Positions 1 to 9,956 of a stretch of 24,769 bases of DNA are shown here, piece by piece. Where the stretch lies: NCBI RefSeq assembly GCF_006345805.1, contig NW_021836338.1, positions 1 to 24,769 on the forward strand. Reading direction: 5' to 3'. Source of the stretch: Octopus sinensis (Eukaryota). The position numbers and the translations under genes are program-made. Below the pieces are notes generated by a model. That model saw only the letters and a list, made by a program, of their open reading frames with translations, did no database searches and was not told the DNA's origin. Numbering within the stretch: the stretch's first letter is position 1; each line of letters starts with the position of its first letter.

Positions 1-531
1 CTTATGAACATGAACATTATAATTTCTCTTGATAGAATTTGTTAGAAAAATATTTAAGAAAAGAAATTCCCCCTTTGTAATTCACTACTTTTACTGTTGG
101 TGGTTTTGTTTTCAAACTTTTAAAAGCTGTTTTCTTTGTCATTAATTAGTGCTTAATTACATAATTAGATTGCTTTCGTAGGTTTGATTAAACAAATATA
201 AAAGAAATAACGGCAAGATTACATTGTATATTTATATATTTCATATCTTTTTTTTGTGTCTGTTTATGTGATTGTTTGTTTCAAATTAAAATAGTATCTT
301 TGTTTGATAGTTATGTATATATGTTTTTTAATCTTCGATCTCGTCGTATATTTTTCTGACAATAGCCTGAATGTGGCAGATATAATCTACACAATGTTGA
401 TAATCAAAAATACAATTATTAAATATTATGCGATAAAATGGTATTTCATGTATAGAGTGTTAGATACAAATTGATATAATAATAAAATGCGATAATTATA
501 TTCATACGTAAAGGTATTTTCATATTAGTAT

Positions 532-815
532 CTCTTCCATCTCTCTCTCTCTCTCTCTTTCTCTTTCTCTCTATCTATCTTTCTTTCTATCTATGTCTCG
601 ACATTTTTCTCTTACTATATGAGCGTAGCGTGTGTGTGTAACAAGCATATGCATATATATATATATACTCTCACACACACATATATCTATACATATGTAT
701 ATAATTAAGTGACCTCCTCTTCTCTCTCAATATGTAAAAGCATTTGTGAGTGCGTGTATATGTGTGCATATGTGTGTTTATATATAGGGATATGTAATGA
801 ATACAGGTGTGTATA
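532..815. repeat. Mixed (CT)n/(CTAT)n/(TA)n/(TG)n microsatellite block
   Basis: Direct reading; source of the spurious ORF 671..919. Confidence 0.9.
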
Positions 816-950
816 TATGTGTATCTGCAACTATATATGATTCGATAGGAAAGTGCTTCATCGAATGAATTAGACAAGCTATAGTAGTAATTGAGTAGTG
901 GACGAGGGCAGCTACACATTTTTGTGTGTTTCTAAATAACTGGGACTGAT

Positions 951-1035
951 GGATGTGTTATATCTTCGTAGTAGATGTGATATATTTGTAGAAGATGTGA
1001 CGTAGAAGATGTGATACCTTCGTAGATGTGATGTA
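951..1035. repeat. Degenerate minisatellite, about five 15-20 bp units (core CGTAGAAGATGTGAT)
   Basis: Recurrent TCGTAGTAGATGTGAT / TGTAGAAGATGTGA / CGTAGAAGATGTGAT / TCGTAGATGTGAT. Confidence 0.7.
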
Positions 1036-1341
1036 CATGCTTTGCACGAAGATCCCTGGGCTTGTCTTTCAGTCGATGAAAGTGGCCCAAACCAAGCATC
1101 CAGATGACACTCGTCTATATGGATGCTTTCCCTCGTACAACTTGAGCAGGGGACTGTCCTGATGTAAACAAGAGGATCTCCCACTCTCTCCCTATCTATC
1201 AACACACCAGTAGACAAACATACATACAGAAAACACACACACACGCACATGCTCAAGCACATGCACACACATACACACGCATGCCCATATATATAAGCGT
1301 GTGTATGCATATGCATGCATACTTGTAGATGTAATCATTGG

Positions 1342-1381
<40 letters not shown>

Positions 1382-1382
<1 letters not shown>

Positions 1383-1690
1383 TGCGTAGCACCTTGGGCA
1401 TGTGTCTTCTACTATAACCCCGGGCCGACCAAAGCCTTGTGAGTGGATTTGGTAGACGGAAAATGAAAGAAGCCCGTCTTACATATATATATGTATGTGT
1501 TTGTGTGTGTGTGTGCGTGTGTGTGTGTGTGCAGGTATATGTTTGTGTGTCTGAATTAGTCCCCCCACAGCTGATTGCTGGTGTTTTTACGTACCCATAA
1601 GAAACCGATAGAATAAGTACTAGGCTTACAAAGAATAAATCCTGGGGTCTATTTGTTCGACTAAAGGCGGTGCTCCAGCATGGCCGGGAG
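1382..1690 (+). mobile_element. Octopus-type tRNA-derived SINE, family 1 (5'-truncated, internal TA/TG microsatellite)
   Basis: GCACCTTGGGCA..GTCTTCTACTATA..GGGCCGACCAAAGCCTTGTGAGTGGATTTGGTAGACGGAAA body and AAGGCGGTGCTCCAGCATGGCC 3' part align with copies at 7168-7590 (-), 13537, 19840 and 23611 (-). Probably one of the OK/OR1/OR2 octopus SINEs; named assignment not verified. Confidence 0.85.
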
Positions 1691-1708
1691 AAATACAAGA
1701 GTAAGATA

Positions 1709-1739
<31 letters not shown>

Positions 1740-1859
1740 TCATACATACATAATACATACATACATACTTACGTAAAATATATATCACTATGATGAGACA
1801 TGCAACTATATGTATGACAATATGTGCATCAAATAAAACATACAAATCTGCCTATATCC

Positions 1860-1960
1860 ATCTATCCATCCGTCCATCCATCAATCCATATACACATACA
1901 TACATACCTACACACATACATGCATACATACATACATACATACATACATACATACATACA

Positions 1961-1994
<34 letters not shown>

Positions 1995-1995
1995 C
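1860..1995. repeat. (CATC)/(CATA)n tetranucleotide microsatellite
   Basis: Direct reading. Confidence 0.95.
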
Positions 1996-1996
1996 A

Positions 1997-2125
1997 AAAA
2001 TAGCCTGTTGATGGTGAAATTTCAGTGAAGTGGCCTTCGATCTCGATTAGAAACTGTCTCTTTCAATTTGCACGAAATCTGAAAATAAAACTGAATAATG
2101 TCATATGTCACATATATAAGATTGT
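1997..2125 (+). mobile_element. Possible PLE pseudo-LTR remnant with decayed hammerhead (family E)
   Basis: CTGTTGA (2005-2011) ... GAAACTGTC (2050-2058); flanked by microsatellites like the other HHR remnants; stems weak. Confidence 0.3.
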
Positions 2126-2167
2126 TTATGTATGTAGGTATGCAAACATTACACACACACACACACA

Positions 2168-2365
2168 TAGTAAATTCTATTTGCCAACGTAAAGTGGCAG
2201 TCCTGCGTAGGACAAAGTTACTATCTTTTAACCACAGGAAAACATCTTTTCCGGCTGGTTACCGACACACAATCTGTGTCTGAAATATACTGTGAACAAG
2301 AGAGCTTATTGCTCCCTCATAGCCACTAGCAGCACCAATAGTCAAATGGTTTCTGGGTAACTTTC
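2168..2365 (-). mobile_element. MITE-like element, inverted partial copy of 2519-2746
   Basis: Essentially ungapped match to the reverse complement of 2550-2746, about 78% identity by manual count (about 44 mismatches in about 197 nt). Confidence 0.7.
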
Positions 2366-2518
2366 TGTCATCGGTGCTGGATAACCGCTGGCTAGAGATG
2401 GCAACTTACTCGACCCTATTCAGTATGTAAATATAGAAGTGACAGACAATCACTGATCTCGTAATGAGTAAAATAGGTTTTAATCTCTGAATAAGATCTT
2501 AGTAGTAACTATACTTCA

Positions 2519-2746
2519 TAGTAAAATCTATTTGCGAGCGTAAGGAGGGGAAATTACCCAAAACCCAATGGTATGTCCGTACTGCAAGTGGCTACCAGGG
2601 AGCAGCACGGTCCCTTGCTAACACTATATTGCAGACACAGCTTGTCCGTTGATAACCAGCTGGAAAATATATTTTCCTGAAGTTAAAAGGTGGTAACATG
2701 GCCCTACGTAGGACTGCAACCATACGTTGGTAAATAGATTTTACTA
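2519..2746 (+). mobile_element. 228-bp MITE-like element with about 24-bp TIRs (TAGTAAAATCTATTT...)
   Basis: Left end TAGTAAAATCTATTTGCGAGCGTA; right end reverse complement TAGTAAAATCTATTTACCAACGTA; TA follows the right end; internal palindrome GGAAAATATATTTTCC. Superfamily undetermined. Confidence 0.65.
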
Positions 2747-2806
2747 TACAGTATCGTTACTTCTTAGATCTCATTCAAATATTTAAACTTAGCTGTTTTA
2801 CTCATT

Positions 2807-2892
2807 ATATATATACATACATATATATATATATATAAATATATATATATATAATATAATATAATATATATATATATTATATATATATATAA

Positions 2893-2931
<39 letters not shown>

Positions 2932-2961
2932 CATTTATATAATATATATATATATATATAT

Positions 2962-3006
<45 letters not shown>

Positions 3007-3062
3007 ATAATATATATTAGATATATATATATATATTATATATATATAAATTATATATGTAC
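2807..3062. repeat. (TA)n microsatellite, about 255 bp
   Basis: Direct reading. Confidence 0.95.
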
Positions 3063-3069
3063 ATTATAG

Positions 3070-3226
3070 TGAGAATTTACAAAAAAAAGAAATAAAAGAC
3101 AAAGACTGGTGTGTAAACAACAAACATATGTATTAGGTTAACGCCCAGGAAGGTGAGAAAGTATTTTACGTTTCGAGCCTACGCTCTTCGGCAGAAAAGA
3201 ACACAGAAATAAGCAGGGAGAGAAAA
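3070..3226 (-). mobile_element. PLE pseudo-LTR-like repeat, family A, copy 1
   Basis: Aligns with 16633-16768 (+); contains an HHR motif; 3' end runs into (TA)n. Confidence 0.7.
3161..3200 (-). ncRNA. Minimal type-I hammerhead motif, A6 mutated (probably inactive)
   Basis: Minus strand: TCTTTT-CTGCCGA-A-GAGC GTAG GCTC-GAAA-CGT-A-AAATAC. Perfect stem II, palindromic ACGT stem III, GUA site; core CUGCCGA vs CUGANGA. Confidence 0.7.
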
Positions 3227-3400
3227 TATATACACATATGCATACATACACACATACACACATACATACATACATACATACATGCATACATACATGCATA
3301 CATACATACACGCACGCACACACATATGTATATAAACATGCATGCTTATATGCATGCATATGCCTGTGTGTATTTGTGTATGCGCGTTTATCTGTGTGCA
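3227..3400. repeat. (CATA)/(CA)/(TG) microsatellite
   Basis: Direct reading. Confidence 0.9.
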
Positions 3401-3489
3401 TCTGTGCTGCGTACGGGCTTTGTTGTGCGTATGCTTAACTCACTGCTTTCCGCCCGGTATGGCCACCCAATATTTATTACAATCGGGGT

Positions 3490-3800
3490 ATTTCTTGACC
3501 CCATTAGTGTTAGCATTAGAATGTCGCGTTAACTCGAAATGTTGGGTTACAGACGGGTTTCAAAGTACATGGAACTTGAAAAGGGGTGGCCATCTATACC
3601 TCAAAATTCCTCACTCGAGAATTATTAAATCAGCTCCCTTGTAAAATTCTGTCTCGTGAACCTTGAAGTTGTAAACTTTATACATAGATCTTAGTCATCC
3701 CATATTGGATTCTAGATTACTAAAATGATAAATTTAGCCTTCATAATTATGATGGATGATGGGATAAACTTACTATACTGAATGCCAACAGGCATTTGCT
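3490..3800 (+). pseudogene. Possible heavily decayed LINE AP-endonuclease fragment
   Basis: Across frames: PLVLALEC (~PDxIxLQE), GFKVHGTxKGVAIYTSKFL (~GY..GGVAIY), VNFIHRS (~INIYRP), FIIMMDD (~IIMGDFN), in the expected order; many stops and frameshifts. Confidence 0.25.
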
Positions 3801-4312
3801 TTCTGAGTTAGAGATCAACAAACGATTCGAAATTTCGCATTAGTTTTCGTACAATAGTATGCTCTGATGGGAAACTAAAATACGGGATTTTAGACGTTTC
3901 TATTGTAACGATTACTTTAAAATGCGAGTCATCTTGTTACTGAAAGACTGGTGGCTAATAATGTCTGGGTAATGAACATCACAAAATCTCATTTGTGTTA
4001 GGAACTGATTAGTAATTACCGCGAAGTATTTATAGATCCCAACTTCTATCTCAGCTCGTCTTCCCTTCCGGAATCATTCCAAATAGATTGATCAAATAGA
4101 TTCAACTATCAGTTGAAAATTTACAAATATTTATTAACTTCTCATAAAGATGCATTCTTATCATTAACATTTAATTATAACGTCATATTTAATGAAGGGA
4201 TGAACCATTTTACTTAGTTATTCATGAAACCATTATTCTGCCTAGAATTCCACAACGAGGTCAATGTGGTATTTACTCTTTTAATCTTGTACTTTTCCTT
4301 TGTTTTTCAAAG

Positions 4313-4357
4313 CATGTACATCATGGCAGCCGCATCCACACTCGAATGTTACTAAGT
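4313..4357 (+). CDS. Candidate 45-nt exon of an unidentified gene
   Basis: Long polypyrimidine tract ending TTTTTCAAAG (4312) and donor GTAAGA (4358); two frames open (HVHHGSRIHTRMLLS or CTSWQPHPHSNVTK). No homology recognised. Confidence 0.3.
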
Positions 4358-4422
4358 GTAAGAAATATCTTCGCTATCTGTCCCCATTTTTCTATTGATT
4401 CTAATTAGCGTTGTTTGTATAG

Positions 4423-4487
4423 GTTTCCCCAGATGGAACTCAGAGATAATTGGATGCGCAACCATTTATGTTCCACTAATTAATTAG
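4423..4487 (+). CDS. Candidate terminal coding exon (acceptor 4422 or 4432), followed by putative 3'UTR
   Basis: Intron 4358-4422/4432 has GTAAGA, branch-like CTAAT (4401-4405) and TAG/CAG; stops at 4449, 4483 or 4487 depending on frame; AATAAA near 4584 and 4611. Confidence 0.25.
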
Positions 4488-4639
4488 TGACATCTTATTC
4501 TCTTTGTTGCTGATGTTCTCTTTCCTCCGTTCTCTTGTAATTTTCTCTCTGTATCTTTTCCTCCATTTTCCTGCTTTATTTCTAATAAATGGAGTTTGCG
4601 TATATGTATAAATAAATGTCATTATAGGGTGAGATTTCT

Positions 4640-5130
4640 GATGGTATGATCCATATAATGGTGATATGTTCTAAGTGACCTCTATTCCATATTGAATCAT
4701 TGTGCAAACTCTCAATTAACCTTATAAGCATTCAGTATCTATCTGCATGTTAGAAAAGACCATTCTGTCTGTACTAAAACCCGTTTTTGTAATGTTCTGG
4801 CATTTACTGCATTGGATATGAAAATAACATCTCACAAATACTGGTCCTGCTCAACTCGATATTCTTCCAGTGAGACTGAAGCCGTTAATATTCTGCGTGA
4901 ATTTATGCAAATTGACGGTTCCAGAAAATAAAACGTACCAAGTGAGGGCGATGTTCTACGGTAGAAGTAATTGTCTGGGGGGGAATATTCAAGAACACAA
5001 TATGGGTGGCAAAATAGGAAAGATCGAACGAACTGCATGCAACCATTTGGATGTGAAGTGAAAATCAAGCTATCGTCAAGGAGTGGTCATTGTCGTAGAG
5101 ATATTTTGAGGAAACAGCGCAGGGAGAACG
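4640..5130 (-). pseudogene. Decayed Penelope-like (PLE) reverse transcriptase fragment
   Basis: Minus-strand peptides in PLE-RT order: NI(P)SLG, FYFLEPSICINSR..SLEE..VEQDQY, YFHIQCSKCQNITKTGFST..FSNMQIDTE, TYHHYMDHTI (~LYTNIP.G, YWLE..INSR..ILE..LENNYF, YF.F...YQQ..GTAMG..AN..M..LE, W.RY.DD.F); multiple stops and frameshifts. Confidence 0.45.
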
Positions 5131-5334
5131 TTTGTGGTTCGCGTCCATCTGTGAGCAACTTCTTGCTAATAAATCAAATGACATCTATTATGGTGAGATG
5201 AATCTAGTTTCCGTGTGTGCGTGTGTGTGTGTGCATGCAGCAGCAGCAGCAATAGTAGAAGTTTATCAGTATCGGTAGTGGTAGTAGTAGTAGTAGTAGA
5301 ATTACTCTATTTTAGTGCCCGATTATTTGGATCT

Positions 5335-5593
5335 GTGGAGGCGCGTGGTTTAGTGGTTAGGGTGTCAGCATCATGATCGTGAGATTATGGTTTCGATTCC
5401 TGGACCGGGCGACGCGTTGTGATCTTGAGCAAAACACTTCATTTCACGTTGCTCCAGTCCGCTCAGCAGGCAAAATGAGTAACGCTGCGATGGACTGGTG
5501 TCCCGTCCAGCTGGGGAACACATACACCATAGAAACCGGGAAACCGGGCCCATGAGTGTGGCTAGGCTTTAAAAGGGTGCATTTATTATTATT
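5335..5593 (+). mobile_element. Full-length tRNA-derived SINE (OR-like, CORE-like body) with (ATT)n tail and 13-bp TSD
   Basis: A-box-like TGGTTTAGTGG, B-box-like GGTTTCGATTCC, body TTGAGCAAAACACTTCATTTCACG; TSD ATTATTTGGATCT at 5322-5334 and 5594-5606. Confidence 0.9.
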
Positions 5594-6066
5594 ATTATTT
5601 GGATCTAAGTAGGAAATATTAGAGAATCAGTCTCTTCTGTGCTGCGGGTGCTTAATCATCAGAAGAGATCAGCGGTGAGGCTGAACCTTTGAAGTAATTG
5701 TGAAAGGATTAACTCCATGTTTTACCTGCTTTACGGGTGGTGACCTGTAACGTGCTTTTAGTATGTGTTGCGATTGGGTCTGCTGGAATAAGTTGTCATA
5801 ATGCTATTGGCAGATGGTTTTGAGTTTTCTGTTCCGAGAATTAATGCAGATTTAGTTCACAATATTTAGGTGGTACGTGGATTAGGCTTGGCTGCAGAAG
5901 GTTATGGATGAATGAAGAATGGCGTAATTTTTCTGATGATTGCTAGAGGTGATGGCAAATGGGGTGTAGAGAAGTGAGAGAAAGTGACTGACTGTTGTAC
6001 CCTCCGTCCGCAATGTCGTGGTACCACCACAATATTATGATGGATGGTTTAGGTACACTGTACCAG

Positions 6067-6294
6067 TGTAGTAACGGTAAACAAGATAACGATGCAGCCA
6101 ACAATCTCTTCACGAACCAACAATCAATATTCCAAACGAACTAACCAACCGACACCTTCCGACTTCACTGCGAACTAAACTCGAACTAACACAACCTTCA
6201 CTCTGATTCTACTATCTATAATCGCTCGGTCTAGTCTATTTCTCTCAAGGGGAAAACACGTTGTCTTTGGTCAAGCACTTCTCATCATGTCACA
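6067..6294 (-). mobile_element. Candidate solo LTR (Gypsy-like), 228 bp
   Basis: Minus strand runs TGTGAC...TTACTACA (TG..CA ends); flanks CCAG (6063-6066) and CCAA (6295-6298) could be a 4-bp TSD with one mismatch; strong strand asymmetry. Confidence 0.35.
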
Positions 6295-6424
6295 CCAATT
6301 TAATCAGCTGAAAGTGAGTGGCAATCTAATGCTGCTACAGCCGTTTCTCATTCCGGCTGTCACATCGTCGATTTTCTACTGGGTTAAGAGGTGTCTAGTG
6401 TGTCATCGTGTGCTCAGAAATACT

Positions 6425-6654
6425 ATAAACTTCTCAGCATTTAAACCAGCTATATATGGTCTAAATATTTCACTTGTTTTATGGTCAAAACTAGCCAGTT
6501 CTGGCCTAGTAAACCTGTTTTAAAATTTCATTCTGAAAATAAACAGTCACATCATTGAAATCTCAAAGCCAGGTGATGATGCATAAATAATTTTAACAAA
6601 TCTGAATAAATCAACTTTACGTTTTACAGAGTTATCTGAATGGTAAAGAGTGAA
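6425..6654. mobile_element. Degraded piggyBac-like MITE
   Basis: Ends ATAAACTTCTCAGCATTTA / TGAATGGTAAAGAGTGAA resemble TTAA-CCCTTTAGCATT termini; body recognised from memory as an abundant octopus MITE, not verified. Confidence 0.5.
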
Positions 6655-6762
6655 AAGATTAGCCAAAACAACTGACGAAAGCGTTATACCGATTGCCTTG
6701 TCAAACATGTTTACGAGTTACGCATATGAGTTTTAATAAGTGTTGAAGCGGTATATTTTATG

Positions 6763-6764
<2 letters not shown>

Positions 6765-6816
<52 letters not shown>

Positions 6817-6834
6817 TACATATACATATATATA

Positions 6835-6877
<43 letters not shown>

Positions 6878-6925
6878 ATATATATATATATATTATATAT
6901 ATACAACGTGTGTATGTATGTATGA
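6765..6925. repeat. (TA)n microsatellite
   Basis: Direct reading. Confidence 0.95.
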
Positions 6926-6979
6926 ATAACGCATATATTTTTATGCTGATAATAAATTTAATATATCATGCATGTTAAT

Positions 6980-7167
6980 CGTTAGAACGCCGACCATAAT
7001 TCTCAACTGTATTTCGTTCGTCTTCCCGTTCTGAGTTCAAATTCCGCTGAGGTCGACTTTGATTTTCATCCTTTCACTATCGATAAAATAAAGTACGAGT
7101 TGAGAAATGGGGCCGACTAAAACCCTCCCCTGAAATTGCTGGAATTGTGCTAAAATATGAAGTCAAT
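6980..7167 (+). mobile_element. Octopus-type SINE, family 3 (diverged)
   Basis: GTTCTGAGTTCAAATTCCGCTGAGGTCGACTTTG..TTTCATCCTTTC..TCGATAAA aligns with 10792-11128 (-) and 20882-21106 (+). Confidence 0.8.
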
Positions 7168-7377
7168 ATACTCTTTTACTTGTTTCAGTCATTTGACTAC
7201 GGCGATGCTGGAGCACCGCCTTTAGTCGAGCAAATCGACCCCAGTACTTATTCTTTGTAAGCCTAGTACTTATTCTATCGGTCCCTTTTGCCGAACCGCT
7301 AAGTTACGGGGGACGTAAACACACCACCATCGGTTGTCAAGCGATGTTGGGGGGGGGGTTAAACACAGACACACAAT

Positions 7378-7414
<37 letters not shown>

Positions 7415-7590
7415 GGGTATCGTATATATATATATATATATAAGTGACGGGTTTCTTTCAGTTTCCGTCTACCAAATCCCCTCACAAGGCTTTGGTCGGC
7501 TCGAGGCTCTAGTAGAAGGAACTAGCCCAAGGTGCCACTGAACCCAGAACCATGTGGTTCGTAAGTAAGCTACTTACCACACAGCCATAC
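7168..7590 (-). mobile_element. SINE family 1, near full length
   Basis: Reverse complement of the 19840 head/body and of the 1382-1690 3' part; internal CA/TA microsatellite. Confidence 0.9.
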
Positions 7591-8175
7591 ATATCTGTAA
7601 TGGCTGTGCACTGCTTTTTAATCAATTCATTGTCTTTGGTTCGTGTTCTACATTAGGGCCCATCAAATGATAAATTCTTTGTAGAAACGAACATATAAGC
7701 CATTGTTTACAACTCGGAACCGATTTAACCAACCAAGCACCCTTCGTAATAATGAGAATAAAAATGATATTAAAAAAAACCATAAGATTAAACTTAACCA
7801 AAATTATGTTTACGTAAACTTTGACCTAGACGGCAGAAAAAAATATAACCACATATATAAATAGCTGTAAAACTATTTATAAGAACTGATCCGCAAACTA
7901 CATTAATTTTTCTTAATATTTCTTCAGATTCTACGTAAAAAAATGACTCTGTGTGTGGTTGTGTGTGTGTGTGTGTGCGTGCGTAAATGCATATATGTAA
8001 GTTTGGCGTCTCCTTCTTTCTCTCTGATATAAATATTGCGTTATCTACTTCTGTTTTTCGTTGTATTTCTCCTTCAGTCAATGGTAGCACCACCAGCATA
8101 TTTCATTCCTACTCTATAGGAATAGAGAGTTTACCTTCAATTTTTATGCCATTAATTTCGTTATTTCTCCTCATT

Positions 8176-8284
8176 TTCTTCTTCTTCTTCTTCTTCTTCT
8201 TCTTCTTCTTCTTCTTCTTCTTCTTCTTCATGATCATCATCGTCATTATCAGCCTTATCAGCGTCAACGCCGTCGTCGTCGTCG

Positions 8285-8324
<40 letters not shown>

Positions 8325-8390
8325 GTCACCACCGCCACGCCGCCCCCACCACAACCACTACTTCTATCACCATCATCATCATCATCGCAA
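8176..8390. repeat. Trinucleotide block: (TTC)18, (GTC)n, (CAT)n, (CAC)n
   Basis: Direct reading; generates ORFs 7987..8640 and 8109..8354. Confidence 0.95.
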
Positions 8391-8617
8391 CAATACTTGT
8401 CTTGATAAATTGCTTTTTTCCAAGCCTATTCTGTCGACTGACAGAAATATTTCTACAACACTTAATATCACGAAGTGTCTGACATGTACGCTGCCAGCTA
8501 ATGGCTGTTTGAAACAAAGAAAGAACAAAATCTCGGAGAAAAACAGCAAAAATATTATTTGTGAAAAAATGACAAAGCGCAAAAAAAAGAATTTGATAAC
8601 GTACAGAGGAAGATATA

Positions 8618-9001
8618 ATTATATATATATATATATATAATATATATTATATATATCTATATATAGCTTATATATATATATATATATACACACATATAGA
8701 TATACTATATATATGTATATATATGCATATATATATATTTATTATATGTATATATATATATATAGATATAATATATATATATATATACATATATACTATA
8801 TAATATATATATGCATATATATATATTTTATATATATGTATATCTATATGTTGTATGTATATATATATATATATTTGTATTTTTTGTATACGTGTATGAG
8901 ACCTTTATTTGTACAGATATGCACTATATACAAGTACATATGAAAAAACATTTATAATGATGTATAGATTTATATATATTTATGTGTATGTATATATGAA
9001 C

Positions 9002-9041
<40 letters not shown>

Positions 9042-9095
9042 ATGTGTGTATATATGTATCTGTGTGTGTGCTACTGTGTGTGTATATGTCTGTAT
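8618..9095. repeat. (TA)n/(TG)n microsatellite block
   Basis: Direct reading. Confidence 0.95.
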
Positions 9096-9574
9096 GCGTA
9101 ATTTCTTCAACTGAAAAGAGCAAGCTATTGTTTCAAAGGTCTACATAGCACATAGGCTATTTCAGCATTTGTGTGACCTATTGAAGCCTTACTTTAATTG
9201 CAATGTAACGCAAGAGAACAGCCTTACATATGTCTGGCGTTGTTAGCGAGGAAAATATCTGTATATGATGTGGCTTGTTGTTGTTGTTGTTGTTGTTGTT
9301 GTTATTGGTTTTATTTAGCCCAGGTCTATCATGATCGAACAGGTTTATGTACAAAAGTATTTCAATAATGATTTGCATTTTCCACTTGTGCAAAAAACAA
9401 AAAAAAACAAAAAAAAAAGCTAAAAAAGAGAACCCACATATAAGTCGACGTCGATTCAGCGTTTTCTGAGAGAGAATCATTTATATCAGGGAAATTTGGC
9501 TGCTTTTTCTAGCAGTGTAGGCGACTACAAAGGGGGAGCCGTGTTAGCTGTCATTGTTGTTGACGTAGTTGCTG

Positions 9575-9755
9575 TTAGTAGTAGCAGTAGTAATAGTAAC
9601 ATCATCGTTATCATCGTAAGTAGTAGTAGTAGTAGTAGTAGTAGTAGCATCAGCAGCAGCAGCAGTAGTAGTAGTAGTAGTAGTAGCATCAGCAACAGCA
9701 GCAGCAGCAGTATAGTAGTAGTAGTAGTAGTAGTAGTTGCTGTTGTTGTTCTTGT
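9575..9755. repeat. (AGT)n/(AGC)n/(GTT)n trinucleotide block
   Basis: Direct reading. Confidence 0.95.
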
Positions 9756-9956
9756 GGTTACTGGAGGTAAATTTGAAGATCTGACAGATGACAGAATTGT
9801 GGAGCTCTCGCTTATTATTTAGCAGAGCTCTTCTAAGATATTTCTCTGTCATTTCTTCTTCCGACAATACAGTACAAACATCGGAACCTGGAACACACCA
9901 GCATCACTACCAACACCGCCCATCATCACCGGCATCCACAGCACTCTACAGTAGAA

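Noticed and set aside
1029-1044. 16-mer inverted match to 4308-4323 (CAAAGCATGTACATCA)
   Set aside because: Does not extend; one 16-mer match is not unexpected in 25 kb of AT-rich DNA.
2649-2677. TTGATAA-CCAGCTG-GAAA-ATATATT as another U3:A8 hammerhead
   Set aside because: No stem I pairing and only a 1-bp stem II; explained by palindromes inside the MITE.
4955-5010. Plus-strand VIVWGGIF resembling Tc1 transposase VMVWG
   Set aside because: No DDE context around it; the minus strand gives a more coherent PLE-RT reading.
8080-8150. Minus-strand GIKIEG / MKYAGGATI resembling an RT YADD region
   Set aside because: Two short motifs in different frames, both catalytic Asp absent, no flanking support.
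7987-8640. 217-aa ORF and minus-strand acidic poly-D/E peptide
   Set aside because: Built from TTC/CAT/GTC tracts; the acidic reading needs two frameshifts; no supported splice context.
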